A stretch of DNA of 63,920 nt, the filler included, from Welwitschia mirabilis (taxonomy: Eukaryota), in assembly GCA_051453625.1 (NCBI GenBank). It is 4 parts of one record of this genome, joined end to end, with 100 filler letters (N's around TTAATTAATTAA, not from the genome) between each part and the next. Parts side by side here need not be neighbours in the genome. Positions count along the whole stretch, not along the records: positions 1 to 21,032 come from JBOZIK010000001.1; 3 more parts are not named here. The stretch is one strand, 5' to 3'. The translations under genes were made by a program, and so were the position numbers. Below the pieces are notes generated by a model, which was not told the DNA's origin, made no database searches, and was given only the letters and a program-made list of their open reading frames with translations. Of this stretch, positions 1 to 12,894 are shown piece after piece (the first letter of the stretch is position 1; each line of letters opens with the position of its first letter).

Positions 1-1827
1 ATATGTTTTTCCCTCCTAAAAAAAAGCAATGCATTCCAATTGTATAATGTGATAGAAAAATGGAGAGAAATGGGAAAAGTATAAAAACCAGATGTTTAGT
101 GGGCTCCACATGAAGTGAAAATTCAAAGTGGTCAAATGAGAAATCTATTAAACTCATTGAACATGTCAAACTAATCAATTTTTCTTAAAGGACTACTATG
201 ATTCAACCTAGGTTTTTAAGAAGATGAGTGTGAAAGGTAAAAACATGAAAATACCTCATAATATGTAAAAATGATTATAACTCAAAAAATATGTAATGAA
301 AATCAAATCTATGAGTTCTAAAATGAAGCATGCAAAAAATTGAACGATATAGGTGGAAACTATGTACCGAAAGGCTCAAACATGAGAGAAAATAATGAAA
401 AATAGGAGAAAGAGAAACATACCTCATTTTTGCAAATTTGATAAAATGTTGTAAATATAGCAACAAAATCAAGTGGGACAAGCCCTAAGATGTTGGTACT
501 AGCTAGAGGAATCATTATCTCTTAGAAGAATAGATGAAAATGATGAGAAAATAAGTGAAAATGAGGGAAAAATATTTAGGTCAAAGTTTTATCACACTAT
601 TGTCCGGTTGCATCGTCCAGATGATAGCCCTAGGATAACTCTCAGAAAAAATTAGACCGTCGTCTACTAAGTGTCATCTAAATGACTAGGTGGATGATAG
701 AACATAAAAAATATTTTTAGAAATAAAAAGATTGGCCATGAAAGTTAAGCTGAGATATGATCGTTTAAGTGACAGTTCTAAAAAGAAAAGGACTAAAAGA
801 TAGAAAATCACATAGAAAATGAGGAAAAACTAGAAAAACCAAAAGAAAAAAGAATAAATACACATAAAAGAAAAATCTATGGCTAAAGAAAATAGACTAT
901 CTAGGTTGAAACATATAATAAAAACTACATATACTTAGAACAACCTATAAGGGAACTTATAAAGAGTCAAAATAATTTCAAATGCATTTTTAGAAAAACG
1001 TTTAATCATAATCAAATAACAAGAAAACTACTAAATAATTAAGGTCCTATGAAGGAATAAGAAAANNNNNNNNNNNNNNNNNNNNNNNNNNNNNNNNNNN
1101 NNNNNNNNNNNNNNNNNNNNNNNNNNNNNNNNNNNNNNNNNNNNNNNNNNNNNNNNNNNNNNNNNGAAGGAATAAGAAAATTTAAAAATGAATTTAAAAC
1201 CTAAACTCAAAAATTAAAGAAAAATAGAGTGAAAACAAACACAAGAAACAAGGAGAAGATTATTTACCTATCCTAAATACTAACCTAGCAAACTCTCAAG
1301 AAAAACATTATAATATCACTTGAGGAAATATGCATGACAAAATGTGTTAACTTCATAAAGTTTATTTGAAAACACATTATTTATGTAATAGTCAAAGATT
1401 CTAGTGTATAGAACAATTAATGTCAAAATCAAAAGTTACTTAGAAATGAACTCACTAGTTNNNNNNNNNNNNNNNNNNNNNNNNNNNNNNNNNNNNNNNN
1501 NNNNNNNNNNNNNNNNNNNNNNNNNNNNNNNNNNNNNNNNNNNNNNNNNNNNNNNNNNNNCAAGAAACAAGGAGAAGATTATTTACCTATCCTAAATACT
1601 AACCTAACAAACTCTCAAGAAAAACATTATAATATCACTTGAGGAAATATGCATGACAAAATGTATTAACTTCATAAAGTTTATTTGAAAACACATTATT
1701 TATGTAATAGTCAAAGCTTCCAGTGTATAGAACAATGAATGTCAAAATCAAAAGTTACTTAGAAATGAACTCACTTGTTTTCACCTTATAAACTCATCCA
1801 AATCTTTAAAGTGAAATGATTAAGAGG
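1..1827 (-). mobile_element. Fragment of Athila-like Ty3/gypsy post-pol non-coding region (diverged second copy of 3861-~5270)
   Basis: Collinear similarity to 3861-5270, e.g. tttagtgggctccacatgaagtgaaaatt vs tttagtgggtcccacatgaagtgaaaatt, and tttacctatcctaaatactaacctagcaaact vs tttacctatcctaagtactaacctagcaaact. Interrupted by N gaps. Confidence 0.7.
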
Positions 1828-2479
1828 NNNNNNNNNNNNNNNNNNNNNNNNNNNNNNNNNNNNNNNNNNNNNNNNNNNNNNNNNNNNNNNNNNNNNNNNN
1901 NNNNNNNNNNNNNNNNNNNNNNNNNNNGGTTCTTTTAATAATATAATCAAGATAATGCTTTACATTATATAATGAGAAAAAGAAATAAATAAGATGTCTT
2001 CACAGTAAACATTAAATTTAGCATTTATTTTCAACTGCATAAGTAAATAAAAGATATCATTTTCACTATAAGAGTAATAAATGATTGGGCATAAGCATTT
2101 ATACAAAATGGTATTCATATTACAACTCAATAATACAGTATTTTAAGAACATAAGAATTACAACAATTGGAGTTTTAAGTAATTCAATATTTTCCAAACA
2201 TTTCATTAAGCATAAACTTACAAACTTTATTAAAAAAGCAAAAATGTGGACGTGACAATAGTGCAACATAGCCACCCACTTAGCCTTGTTAATCACTAAC
2301 AAAATTAGGTAGTAAACCACATTTGTAAGCCAACTTATTAGACAATAAAATAGCTGGGATACCTGAGGAAATTATCTCAAAAAGATTTGTATAAATATAA
2401 ATTGAAATTTGAATAATCACATAAAACTAAATAGACACCTGCCAAAAGCTCAATAGTTAGTTGTCGAGGTCATCATCTG

Positions 2480-3750
2480 GATGATATAGGATGAAAGGCT
2501 CAGAAAATGTTTTTAAAATCTAGAATAAAATCACTCCCGTTGTCTATGCATGGTGAACTGGGGCTCGGTAATCTACTCAAGAGTAAGGAAAGAAGAGGAA
2601 GAATGCTCAGGATCCATGGAAAAATAGACGTCTAGAGATGCAAATATGGGTATAACTATCTTGTCAACTTGGACATAAACTACCTCATGAACATCTATAG
2701 TCATACTTTACTAAATGGAGAAAACACATTAGTGCATGCCAACTATCTGGTCCTCAGTGTACTGTACTCTCCTCTTAATGGATAGGAACTTCTACTCAAA
2801 TATTTGATAAAGAGTCTGTATCCTCTGATTAATGAAACCTCTAATAGTTTTAGTGCTCTTAGTTAGGAGAGCCTGAATCTACACTAGAGTAGCTCCAACC
2901 ATAGGTCTTTGTACCTGATGTCTCTCTACTTCTCCTGAAACCTATATACCCATGTCCTACAAATAGCAAATAGATGCCTACTTACCCATGGACTTTGATA
3001 TTCCAAACCATCTAAAAATTGCTAAGAGATGGCATAGATAGCCAAGCATCTAAAGGTTTCATACATTTATCATGGACTTGAGTCTCCTCCAAATAAAAGT
3101 TGGTAAGTCCATCTGCTTTCCCTATCAAAAAGATGGCAAAATCTAAAGGTGTGCCACTATGGTATAACTATCATGAAATTATGGATTAATGTTATGAATC
3201 AGTCCTCTATGTAATACTCTATAAGTGGGGATCAGCTGGGTAAGATTTACCCCCCAATCAGTGGTCAAAGTAGCTGGTATATCTAAAATTGCACTGTAGG
3301 CTTGACACTTCTCTATTTCACTAGCTGAATAAATTTGCATACTCTCAAGTCCATTAAGATCTATGATAACTATAATGTGGGATGGAAGAATATCTATCTC
3401 TTGATCTTATATAAAAGCGACATTCTATCCTGAAGCTAACTACAAGTGTCAGGTCACCTCTCCATGTGCATGTTATCATAAAACTTTATTATCTCCAGCA
3501 CGTAATAAGACTCATACACATCTGTGATCTAATGGATCCTTAAGTCTATTAGTCTCTAGTCTACATCAGGCTTTATCTAGCTCATAAAATCATCAAAATA
3601 CCACTCGACATAGATTCTAGTGGTTTGTATACTCAAAGAATGACCATGTTGAGGTGGCAGATGTACAGGCTCTACACACTCAACCTCCTATCCTACAGCC
3701 TCAACCTCAGCCTTAGCCTATCTAGCTCTACATGTATAGGACCTACTTAA
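2480..3750 (-). pseudogene. Athila env-like/ORF2 (plant transposon accessory protein) remnant
   Basis: Minus-strand translation includes VYESYYVLEIIKFYDNM, resembling the YxxLVxEFYxNL motif of Athila accessory ORFs. It lies downstream of pol and is preceded by a T-rich tract ending in AG (possible splice acceptor near 3745). Confidence 0.55.
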
Positions 3751-5999
3751 TCAAAAACACAAAAATCATCATGCGAAAATAGAAATAAAAGTAAAAAATA
3801 TCATGTAGATGCGTAATAATGACTCTTGAAATCAATGAAAAACTAGCAAAAATATTGAAAATATGTCTTATCCCTCTCCCCCCTGAAAAGGTGCAATGCA
3901 CTTCGAATTACATAAACATGAGAGAAAACAAGAGAAAATCGTGAAAAGTGCAAAAAACTATATTTTTAGTGGGTCCCACATGAAGTGAAAATTTGAAGTG
4001 CTCAAATGAAAAATTTAATCTAGAAAAGTCATAGAATATGTTGAACTGATTAATTTTGTCTAAAGAACCACTACGTTTCAACCTACAGTTTGGACAGAAT
4101 AAGTGTGAAAAGTGAAAATCTGAAAATCCCTCATAATACGCAAAAATACTCATAACTCAAAAAATACATAGTAAAATTCAAATCTATAAGTCCCAAAATG
4201 AAAAACACAAAAACCTAAATAATATACATGAAAATTGTGTATTAAAACGATAAAAAACAAGAGAAAAAAATGAAAAATAGGAGGAGAGAGAAACATACCT
4301 CATTTTTGTAAATCTAGTAAAATCTCATAAATTTGGCAATGAAATTGAGTGGAACAAGTTCTAAAATGCTAGTTCTAGTTAGAGAAGTCATTATCTCTTA
4401 AAGGAATGAATAAAAAGTATTTGGGCCATGGCTTTATCACACTGTCGTCCAGTCGCATTATCCAAATGATAGAAAAAAATCAACCTTTATCTATCTAGTG
4501 TTGTCTAGACAACCAGTTAGACGACAAAGCATCAAAAAGATTTTCAGAAAGAAAAAGATTAGCCAAAAATCTTAGGCTTAAATATAATCATTTAAGTAGT
4601 AGTTCTAAAAAGAAAAATATAAAAAGATAGAAAGTCACACAAAAACCCAAGAAAACTAAAGGAAAAAAGAACAAATACACAAGAAAGGAAAAACTATAAC
4701 TAAAGAAAATAGACTATCTATGTTAAAACCTATAAGAAAAACTACATGAATGTACCAAAATAGAAAATGAAAGAATGGAAAACTCAGAACTCCATAAGCT
4801 TCAAGGGAGCTCATAAAAACTCAAAAATAAAAATATGTTTTTTTAAAGTTTTTCAAATGATTTTTGAAAAAATGTTTTAACATAATCAAATAGCAAAGAA
4901 ACTATTAAATGATTAATATCCTATAAAATAATAAGAAAATTCATAGATAACTTTGAAATCCTAAACTCAAAAACCAAAGAAAAATATAGTGAAAATGAAC
5001 ATAAGAAACAAAGTGACGATTGTTTACCTATCCTAAGTACTAACCTAGCAAACTCCCAAAGAAGATATCATAATGTCACTTAAGTAAATATGCATAACGA
5101 AATGTATATACTTTATAAAGTTCACTTGAAAAGGTAGTGGTTATGATGATAGTCAAAGATTTGAGTGCATAGAACAATAAATGTTAAAATCAAAAAGTTA
5201 CTTAGAAATGAATTCATTTGCTCTCATCTCACATTCTCACTGGAATCTTCAAAAGTGAAATGCTCAAGTGGTAATAGTAAGAGCCTAAAAAACAAGCAAT
5301 GCCTCTGATGATACCAAGAATACCACTGATCCCTAACCTCAAAGTTTTATTTATTTTTCCATGATGAGGGGAGTGCAACCACTATTAGAAGAGTAAGAAC
5401 CCATGAAGCATGGTCAATTGACCCCCCAATGAAGTTCCCACAACTACCAATACTACCAAATGTTCCTTTCAGAAAGATTTACCCCAATGTGGTAGAACAT
5501 CATAGTTGCCATGTATTTTTCTTTAAAGCACAAAATATAATAACTCATGGTTATTATTTCTCTCTCTCTCTCTTATATTTCCTTTTTTTTGGAAGAAATT
5601 TTCACATGGCCACATACTCAAAAAAGATGAAGGTAAATAAGTGAGATAACAGACAGAAGAGAATACTCCCAAATAATCTAATATTTTAATACCATTGGAA
5701 AAAATACAAGAAACTAAGGCATCTTCTTTAAATAAAGTCCATAGACATGGTAATGCTTTAAGATTGGATGAATCCAATCTTATCACCTGTAAATGACCAA
5801 GTATGAAACTAATCATGAAACTTCATAAAGTAATACATAAGTCAAGTTTGAAAGATAATCAAGTAATATCATAATATTTAATCAAAGAAGTAGGCTAAGA
5901 AAGAACTTATACAATTATAGGGAGGAAGTTCTTCTCACTAAGGAGAACCTCCAAAACAAGCACTCCTATCATATTCATGATTGTATCTAAGGATCCCTC

Positions 6000-7160
6000 A
6001 TATAATTTTAACTATTACCTATTAACCTTTTAAATCTCTCTAGTTTCTAAATCTAAAATTTCAACTAAGTCATTAAAATGCACTTTCTCTACAAGGTAAA
6101 GACCTAACAATTTAGAGGTTAATGTGTTATTTAAAAGATGAACTCTAGTGTTATATAATAAGATAAGTTGACTAGGTTCAAACTTTTTATGAAAAATCCT
6201 TTTATCATGTTTGAACTTTGCTTGGAATTTATGGATTAATTGACGATGTATGGCACTAGTTATTTTTCATCAAGATGATCTAACTGGGCTAATCTATACT
6301 TAATATTTCCATTAAAATTCACAATATTAAGTTGATGAGATGCACGATAAGAATTGTAATACATATCAACTAGTAAGACACAGACTTTCTTATTTACAAG
6401 TTTGTAAGGTGAAAAATCAAGAGAAGTATGCCAAGTAATATAGTAATCCCAAAGTACATAGTTAAGCTTAGAAGATTAAGACCTTTTTTTTAACAAAGAT
6501 AAGTTTTTAGAGCATTTTATTTATTCCTATGTTGGCATTTTTAGCTTGTCTACTAGTCTAAGGATAATAAGCATAGGCTACTCTATGTTCTATACCAATG
6601 GATAGAAGAATTTTCTTAAAAAGTGCATTAATAAAATGAGTACCCTAATCACTAATGATAACTTTAGTAAAACCAAATCTCTGAAAGATATGAGTTCTAA
6701 GAAAATGATATACATTTCGAGTATCATTCAAAGAAGTAGATATGGCTTCAATCCATCTAGTCACATTATCTACAGCTGCTAAAATGTACTTTTTATCAAA
6801 AGGAAGTGGATGAATAGGGCTTATGAAATTAATATCCCAATAATCAAAAGGCTCATACTTAGGAATACATCTAAGGGGCATTTCCTGTGAACAAACAAGG
6901 CTACTATAACACTGATAATAATCATATCTTCTAACAAAATCAAATGAACCATGAAAAAGAGAAGGTCAATACCAACCAAAATGGAGGATTTTCATAGTAC
7001 TTTCATGTCTACTAAAATGTCCTTCATAAATACCACTGTGACAAAGATGAAAGATCTCAAGTATTTCCCAATTGGACACACATTTTCTCATGATTTAGTT
7101 TTCGCACCTATGGTATAAATGTGGTTTGATCTACTCATAGTTACCTATCCTATAAAAAAA
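6000..7160 (-). pseudogene. Retrotransposon integrase remnant (element A)
   Basis: ORF 6645-6881 reads EPFDYWDINFISP..KYILAAVDNVTRWIEA..IFQRFGFTKVIISD (rve core). Downstream are YYP*TSRQ and KVNR**LK near 6020. Confidence 0.9.
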
Positions 7161-7249
7161 ATATTTTCATTAATTATAGGTCCAATGTTGTGGTGTTTTT
7201 ATGGTTACAAGATAGTTCACAATGTCAACATATCATAGAGGAGGATGAG

Positions 7250-8760
7250 GGAAAAAAAAGTAAAAAGCTACTCATCAAGAAAAGAATTATCAATGATAGT
7301 ATCATCTAGAGGAGAAGGAAGTCAAAACAAATTATTAGTAATGCTTCCATACTTGGTCTATGATGGTTAAGTTAAACTCTTGTATAAAAATGTTCCCTTT
7401 AATCAAATGATCACTATAATCTTTCTTAGTCATGAGGTAACGAATGGCAGCATGGTCAGTGTAAACATTCATATGAAAGCCAAAAAAATAATGTTTAAGA
7501 GAATCAAGGAAAAAAATAATGGCTATTATCTCTTTCTCTATAGTAGTGTAGTTTATTTAAGTTCTAGATAAAGATTTGCTATGGTAAGATATAACTTTAA
7601 ATTTATTTTCATATTTTTAACAAAGAACCCCACCCATGGTAAAGTTACTCACATCACATGTAATCTCAAAATCAAGTATCCAATTAGGTCCCATCACTAT
7701 AGGAGAATAAGATAATTTATGTTTAAGCTATCGAAAGTAAGTTGAAAATATTTATTCAACTCAAATTTGACATCTTTTTCTAGTAACAAGTAAAGGGTTT
7801 TACAAATAGAATCCTAATTATGAATGAACTGATGGTAAAAACCATAATGATCAAAGAAATATTTGACCTTCTGATATTTGTAGTAGAACTAAGATTTTGA
7901 ATAATATTAACTTTAAAAGCATCCATCCAAATCCCTTCCTTAGAGATATGATGACCTAAAATAATGCCGCTCTCTACAAGAAAAAGACTCTTTTCCAACT
8001 CAAGTGAAGGCCACTAGAAATGCATCAATTTAAAACTTTATCTAAATGATCTAAGACCTATTTAAAAGTTTCAGAATAAATAGAGAAGTCATCCATGAAA
8101 ATCTCAATGAAATACTCAAGAATATTAGAAAATATATCCATCATAGCATGCTGAAAAGTACCAAGAGCATTACAAAGTCCAAAAGACATGCGTCTAAAAG
8201 CAAAAGTACCAAAAGTAGAAGTGAAAGTAGTTTTGGCTTAGTTCTTAGTAGTAATGTCAACNNNNNNNNNNNNNNNNNNNNNNNNNNNNNNNNNNNNNNN
8301 NNNNNNNNNNNNNNNNNNNNNNNNNNNNNNNNNNNNNNNNNNNNNNNNNNNNNNNNNNNNNTGAAAGTAGTTTTGGCTTAGTTCTTAGTAGTAATGTAAA
8401 CTTGATTTTAATGCCTATAACCATCAAGAAAACAGTAAAAAGCATAACCCTGAATCCTATCAATAATCTAATTAAGAAAAGACAAAGGACAGTGGTCTTT
8501 TTTTATTACCTCATTTAATTTTCTAAAGTCTATGCACATACGCCATTTCTCACTTGTTTTGGGAACTACAATTAAGGGGCTAATCCACTCACCATCAATA
8601 ATGAAGGAAATAATTTTAGCATCCATAAGTTTTATGATTTTATCTTTTACAATTTATTTAAGGGTTAAATTGAGTCTATATTTGGGTTGCCTCACAGGTT
8701 TAGCATTTTCTTTAAGGTAGATTTTATGTTACATAATAAAAATACATATGACTCTTAAAT
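7250..8760 (-). pseudogene. Reverse transcriptase and RNase H remnant (element A)
   Basis: Minus-strand motifs WRMCIDFRKLN, FLDGY, KTTFTSTFGTFAFRRMSFGLCNALGTFQ, IFMDDFSIY (about 8080-8102), ILGHHISKEGI and FEITCDVS. Confidence 0.92.
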
Positions 8761-9179
8761 CATTATGGGACTAAGCAAACAAATTTATCTTAAATTCTAA
8801 ATAAGAGTTTAAACTCAATTCTTATTACAAGAAAAGGTTTTTGTTGATAATCAATTGTTTGTTCAGGTCACTATTCAGAAAAATATATTTTGGTCCACTG
8901 TTTAAAGGTTTTAGGTTCAGGTTTAAGTTCAGATTTTTAATTTCTAAAAAATTCTCAGCAAAACTAACTATCATCTAGATGTCAGTAGTGGATGATTGCC
9001 CTTCAAACAAGAAATATTAGGTCTACTAAATTCTTGGTCTTCTACACAGTTAACATACTCAGACTCACTACTCTCCATATCAAAAAACTCAATTATCAGA
9101 TGGTTAAACTCAAGTTGATCATTAAGAATATATAGGTAGTCTACTTCTGATTTATCATTAAACAAGGTTGGCTTGTGAA

Positions 9180-9690
9180 GCATGGACCATCTTTCCTTAA
9201 GTGGATATTATTGTAAAAACAAAGTTAGCTTAATTTCCTTTTTTAAACTCAAATTGTTGCCTAAGTCTTTTTTGACAGCATTAAATACTCTTATTGAAAA
9301 TTGTTTATTCCTAAGATGGCACTTCATCAATCCAGTTTTTATATCTATGATATAGTGGGCTATTATAGAGAAAGATCTACCTAGAAGTAAAGGATATCCA
9401 CCATGGTACTCAACTTCTAAAATAACTACATCAATGGGATTGAAACCTTTCTCTATTTGAATGACTATGTCCTTGATCACACCTAATGATTTCTTTATAG
9501 ATGTGTTGGTTAACTTCAAGATAATATGTATAGATTATACTCTTTCTTCTAAACTAAGATATTAACAAATGTGTAAGAAAATAGTATTGACACCAGCTTT
9601 GATATGTATTAAAGATTTCTTTATTCTATGGTTTCCTTCTACAGTAACACTCATGGTTACCACCCCTAGATCTTTAAACTTTGGATATTT
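9180..9690 (-). pseudogene. Aspartic protease remnant (element A)
   Basis: ORF 9208-9519 reads LGVIKDIVIQIE..PIDVVILEV..PLLLGRSF, with a decayed DxGASVN-like site near 9590-9610. Confidence 0.8.
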
Positions 9691-9699
9691 GACACATTA

Positions 9700-11601
9700 A
9701 ATTATTAATAGATTAATCTATGAAGACTTTAATAGGGATGGTTTATTTTTGTTTTCTTCTTATTAAGTCTTTTTATAAATTAGAATACCTTAGGTTGAAA
9801 AATTTTAAAATGGTAAGTTGATGCTTACATTTTACATTAAGGCTTTCAAATAATCATCAAAAATAGGGTTTCTGTTAATACTATCAAGCCATGGAATAGT
9901 ATGTATTTTTTGTGAAGGATTTTTTTTAATTACTTAATGAAGAGGGAAAGGAATGATTTTCTAGGATTTTTATGTCCTCTTCCTCATCATTCTTATCACT
10001 TTGTGATGTGAAAGCCTCATGAGTAGGAGGAGTTGTATCATTTCCACTTCTTGTCGTTACCTTACAATCTTTTCTTACTTCGTTAGAGTTCTATAAAGGT
10101 TGAGTGGCAAGAGGCCCTTGTTATTATTGGTTGGCAAGTATGGTTTTTTGTAAAATGCTCACAAGGTTTTTTATGTTGGTATTTATCTTTTCTTACATTT
10201 TCCTCAACTCCTCAATGAAATTCCTAAGAGGATCACTATGGTTTTGAGAGTTGGATGGGCTTACCAAGTTTTTGAGTTGTTAGATTGAAAGTTTAAGTTC
10301 TCAAATCTATTTCTAAAAGATTGGAAGTTAGGATGGTGTGTTTGAAAATTTTTAGAGTTTAGTTATTCACTCATCCTATGTTAAAAATTATTGTGATTTT
10401 TAACTTATTTTTTGTTATGATTTTGACCGTAGTTTGAAGATTTTTGATTAAATACATAAACTTTCTCATATATTTTCTTCTTGTAGGTAGGAAGTAAGGG
10501 AAAATCTTTTGAGACATCATAGCTATCTTCATACAAATCACAAGTAGGAACTACAACTTCACTCTTCTCAGTTATTACTTTAACATCAAGAATCATTTGG
10601 ATGTATTTTTTTAAGGTGGAGGTAAAATCTGTAATGATACTAGTTGGCTCATTTTCGGCTCTTATTTTATTTTTTTTCATGTTTTATCTCTTTTAGATCT
10701 TTAATGATTTGGTCTATAGTTTAGTTTTTTCTAGGTGAGATTTTAGGCCATGTTAATTTACATCCACCCAATATTCTAATACTTTTCAAGAATCATCTAA
10801 GGTTTGATTCAATAAGTTTCCTTCATAAGAAAAATCTACAAGTTTCTTTATATGACTATTTAACCCATTGTAAAAATAGTCAACTAGCTCTACCTATGAA
10901 AAAGCATCTACAGGGTTCAAATATAAAGCAATAAATAATCTCTTATAGGTAGAGGTAAAATCTTTGTTAGGCATTTATTGGAAGTTGGTGACTTCTTTCT
11001 TATGTTTCCAAATGATAATTTCACTCATGAATCTCTTGATAAAGGCTTCTTGAACTTAACTATAATATTTTAGACTTTGTGGGAAATTGTTCTAAGACAA
11101 AAAGATAACCATGTAGGTTCTATCACTTATACATTTCTTATTGTTTCCAGAAATGAGGATAAGTTGTTTTATACTAGTGATGTGTTGTGAAGTATTTTTA
11201 TCAAATTCTTTACTAAATGTAGGATAAGCATTTAGGTTATGGAGTTCTATATCATCACTGAGAGATAAGTTAAAAGGTTTTTGGATTTCACATTTTTTAT
11301 TTGATATAAGATCTCTACAAGTAACATGGGTATTAGTTTGAAAAGGAGTAATAGTAGGGGTTCCAATGATAAGAATTGGATTTGGTGAAATGGGTTGTTT
11401 AAGCTTTTGGGCTGAGGTAGATATGGTAGCAAAATCAAACTCTGTAGAAATAAAAGTGGAAATTGTAAGAATTTTNNNNNNNNNNNNNNNNNNNNNNNNN
11501 NNNNNNNNNNNNNNNNNNNNNNNNNNNNNNNNNNNNNNNNNNNNNNNNNNNNNNNNNNNNNNNNNNNNNNNNNNNNNNNNNNNNNNACCAGATTTAATCA
11601 T
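9700..11601 (-). pseudogene. gag remnant (element A)
   Basis: ORF 11092-11601 contains YPTFSKEFDKNTSQHI (PTFxGxxxEDPxxH gag motif) and ORF 10405-10680 lies in the same region. Homologous to the gag regions of the other copies. Confidence 0.75.
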
Positions 11602-12061
11602 TCATTCTCAGTCTTAACCTATAAAAGTGCCATCTTTGTTATTGTCTAGATGATATTCTAAATGATAAAAACAGAGAAACCACAAAAAAGGAAAAAGTAA
11701 AAAATAGAAATAAAAAATTGACTCTAATAAAAAACTCAAAATATAGACTATTATCCACCTGTGTCATTTGGATGGCCAAGGGGACGATAAGATAAAACCC
11801 TAAAAATTTTAACAGAAAATTGAAATAAAAAATTTATGACATAGAGGCTATCATCATTGCACATCATCTAGACAATGAAGCAGATGACAAACTATTTATT
11901 GCAGGACAGAAAAAATAGACTTCAATTTGAAAAATAGAAAACTGACTCTACAAGAATGGAAAACCTGCACTATTGTAGATACTATTACACCCCTACTATA
12001 GTAAGCATCTAAATTGAAATACTTACTAAAGTAACAAAAACTCTCAAACTTCTAAACAGCC

Positions 12062-12080
12062 TTCCCTGGAAGTGATGCCA
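12062..12080 (-). other. Primer-binding site, decayed tRNA-Asp type (element A)
   Basis: Minus strand reads TGGCATCACTTCCAGGGAA vs the Athila-type TGGCGCCGTTGCCGGGGA. It lies 3 bp from the LTR terminus tgttgca at 12084. Confidence 0.75.
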
Positions 12081-12199
12081 AGATGTTGCAGTGCATATTN
12101 NNNNNNNNNNNNNNNNNNNNNNNNNNNNNNNNNNNNNNNNNNNNNNNNNNNNNNNNNNNNNNNNNNNNNNNNNNNNNNNNNNNNNNNNNNNNNNNNNNN

Positions 12200-12894
12200 G
12201 AAAAATGCTATATTTACTCTTGTACTTTGCCCCTTGTAGAAAACATTAATGAACTTTTCATGCATCATTCTTTGAGTTTATTAGTACTTAAGTTTAACAC
12301 ATCCATTTTAACATTACTTTCTCGAATTGTGCATATACATTTTTATTTTCTAAACTATCACTATTACGTTTTATGATTTGTTTATGTATATGACATTTAT
12401 TAGTTCTATGATGATGTGTTTAAGTAGAGGGCTTATGAATACATCAGTGAATGTATTAATTAATGTATTTTTGATGTTTATTCCTACATGATAAAATTGA
12501 AGTCAAATTCTATTTTTTCAGTTGCTGATTATCTTAGTTAATTTAGCACACAATATAGTTGATTGCTCACTTTCTTAGGGACTGACAAGCTAATTAGGAG
12601 GCTATGTTATAATAAAAATTTATAGGAATTTGATGATGTATTTAGAGTACTTTTGCAAGACATTTATACAAGTTTGGATGCAATTCTGATAATTATGGAG
12701 AATGGATAAGATGATCGTACAAACACGTAATTCTTAACATATTTGGAGGCATTTTAGACATGTTTTAGTACTTAGTATATTGGAGAAAGATCAATGATGA
12801 AGAAGGCTGATTTCCTTTAGCTGAAGAGCTTTGGAAGGGTATCATTTCTACTATCATCCCCATGACATATGAGACAATATTTTCCCATTATGAT
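12200..12894 (+). mobile_element. 3' end (PPT) and truncated LTR of an opposite-strand Athila-like copy
   Basis: cttagggactgacaagctaattaggaggcta is followed by tgttat at 12605. 12605-12760 is the reverse complement of the LTR end at about 33290-33452. Confidence 0.6.

Larger units (their letters stand above)
1928..12099 (-). mobile_element. Degenerate autonomous-type Athila-like Ty3/gypsy LTR retrotransposon (element A)
   Basis: Minus-strand order is LTR edge (12084), PBS, gag, PR, RT, RNase H, integrase, long non-coding region, env-like ORF. Many stops and frameshifts. The 3' LTR is not seen. Confidence 0.85.

Noticed and set aside
1166-1790. Near-identical direct repeats across gaps (also 8220-8400, 26250-26960, 62779-63075)
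   Set aside because: Each pair directly flanks an N gap and is most simply unmerged contig overlap or haplotype redundancy.
5304-5400. CTGATGA/TGATGA..CTGA motifs as a hammerhead ribozyme (retrozyme) or box C/D snoRNA
   Set aside because: I could not find the stem II-GAAA-stem III core after CTGATGA. The C-to-D spacing is too short and the CTGA is not kept in the third copy. The motifs are also antisense to the element. Kept only as a generic conserved module.
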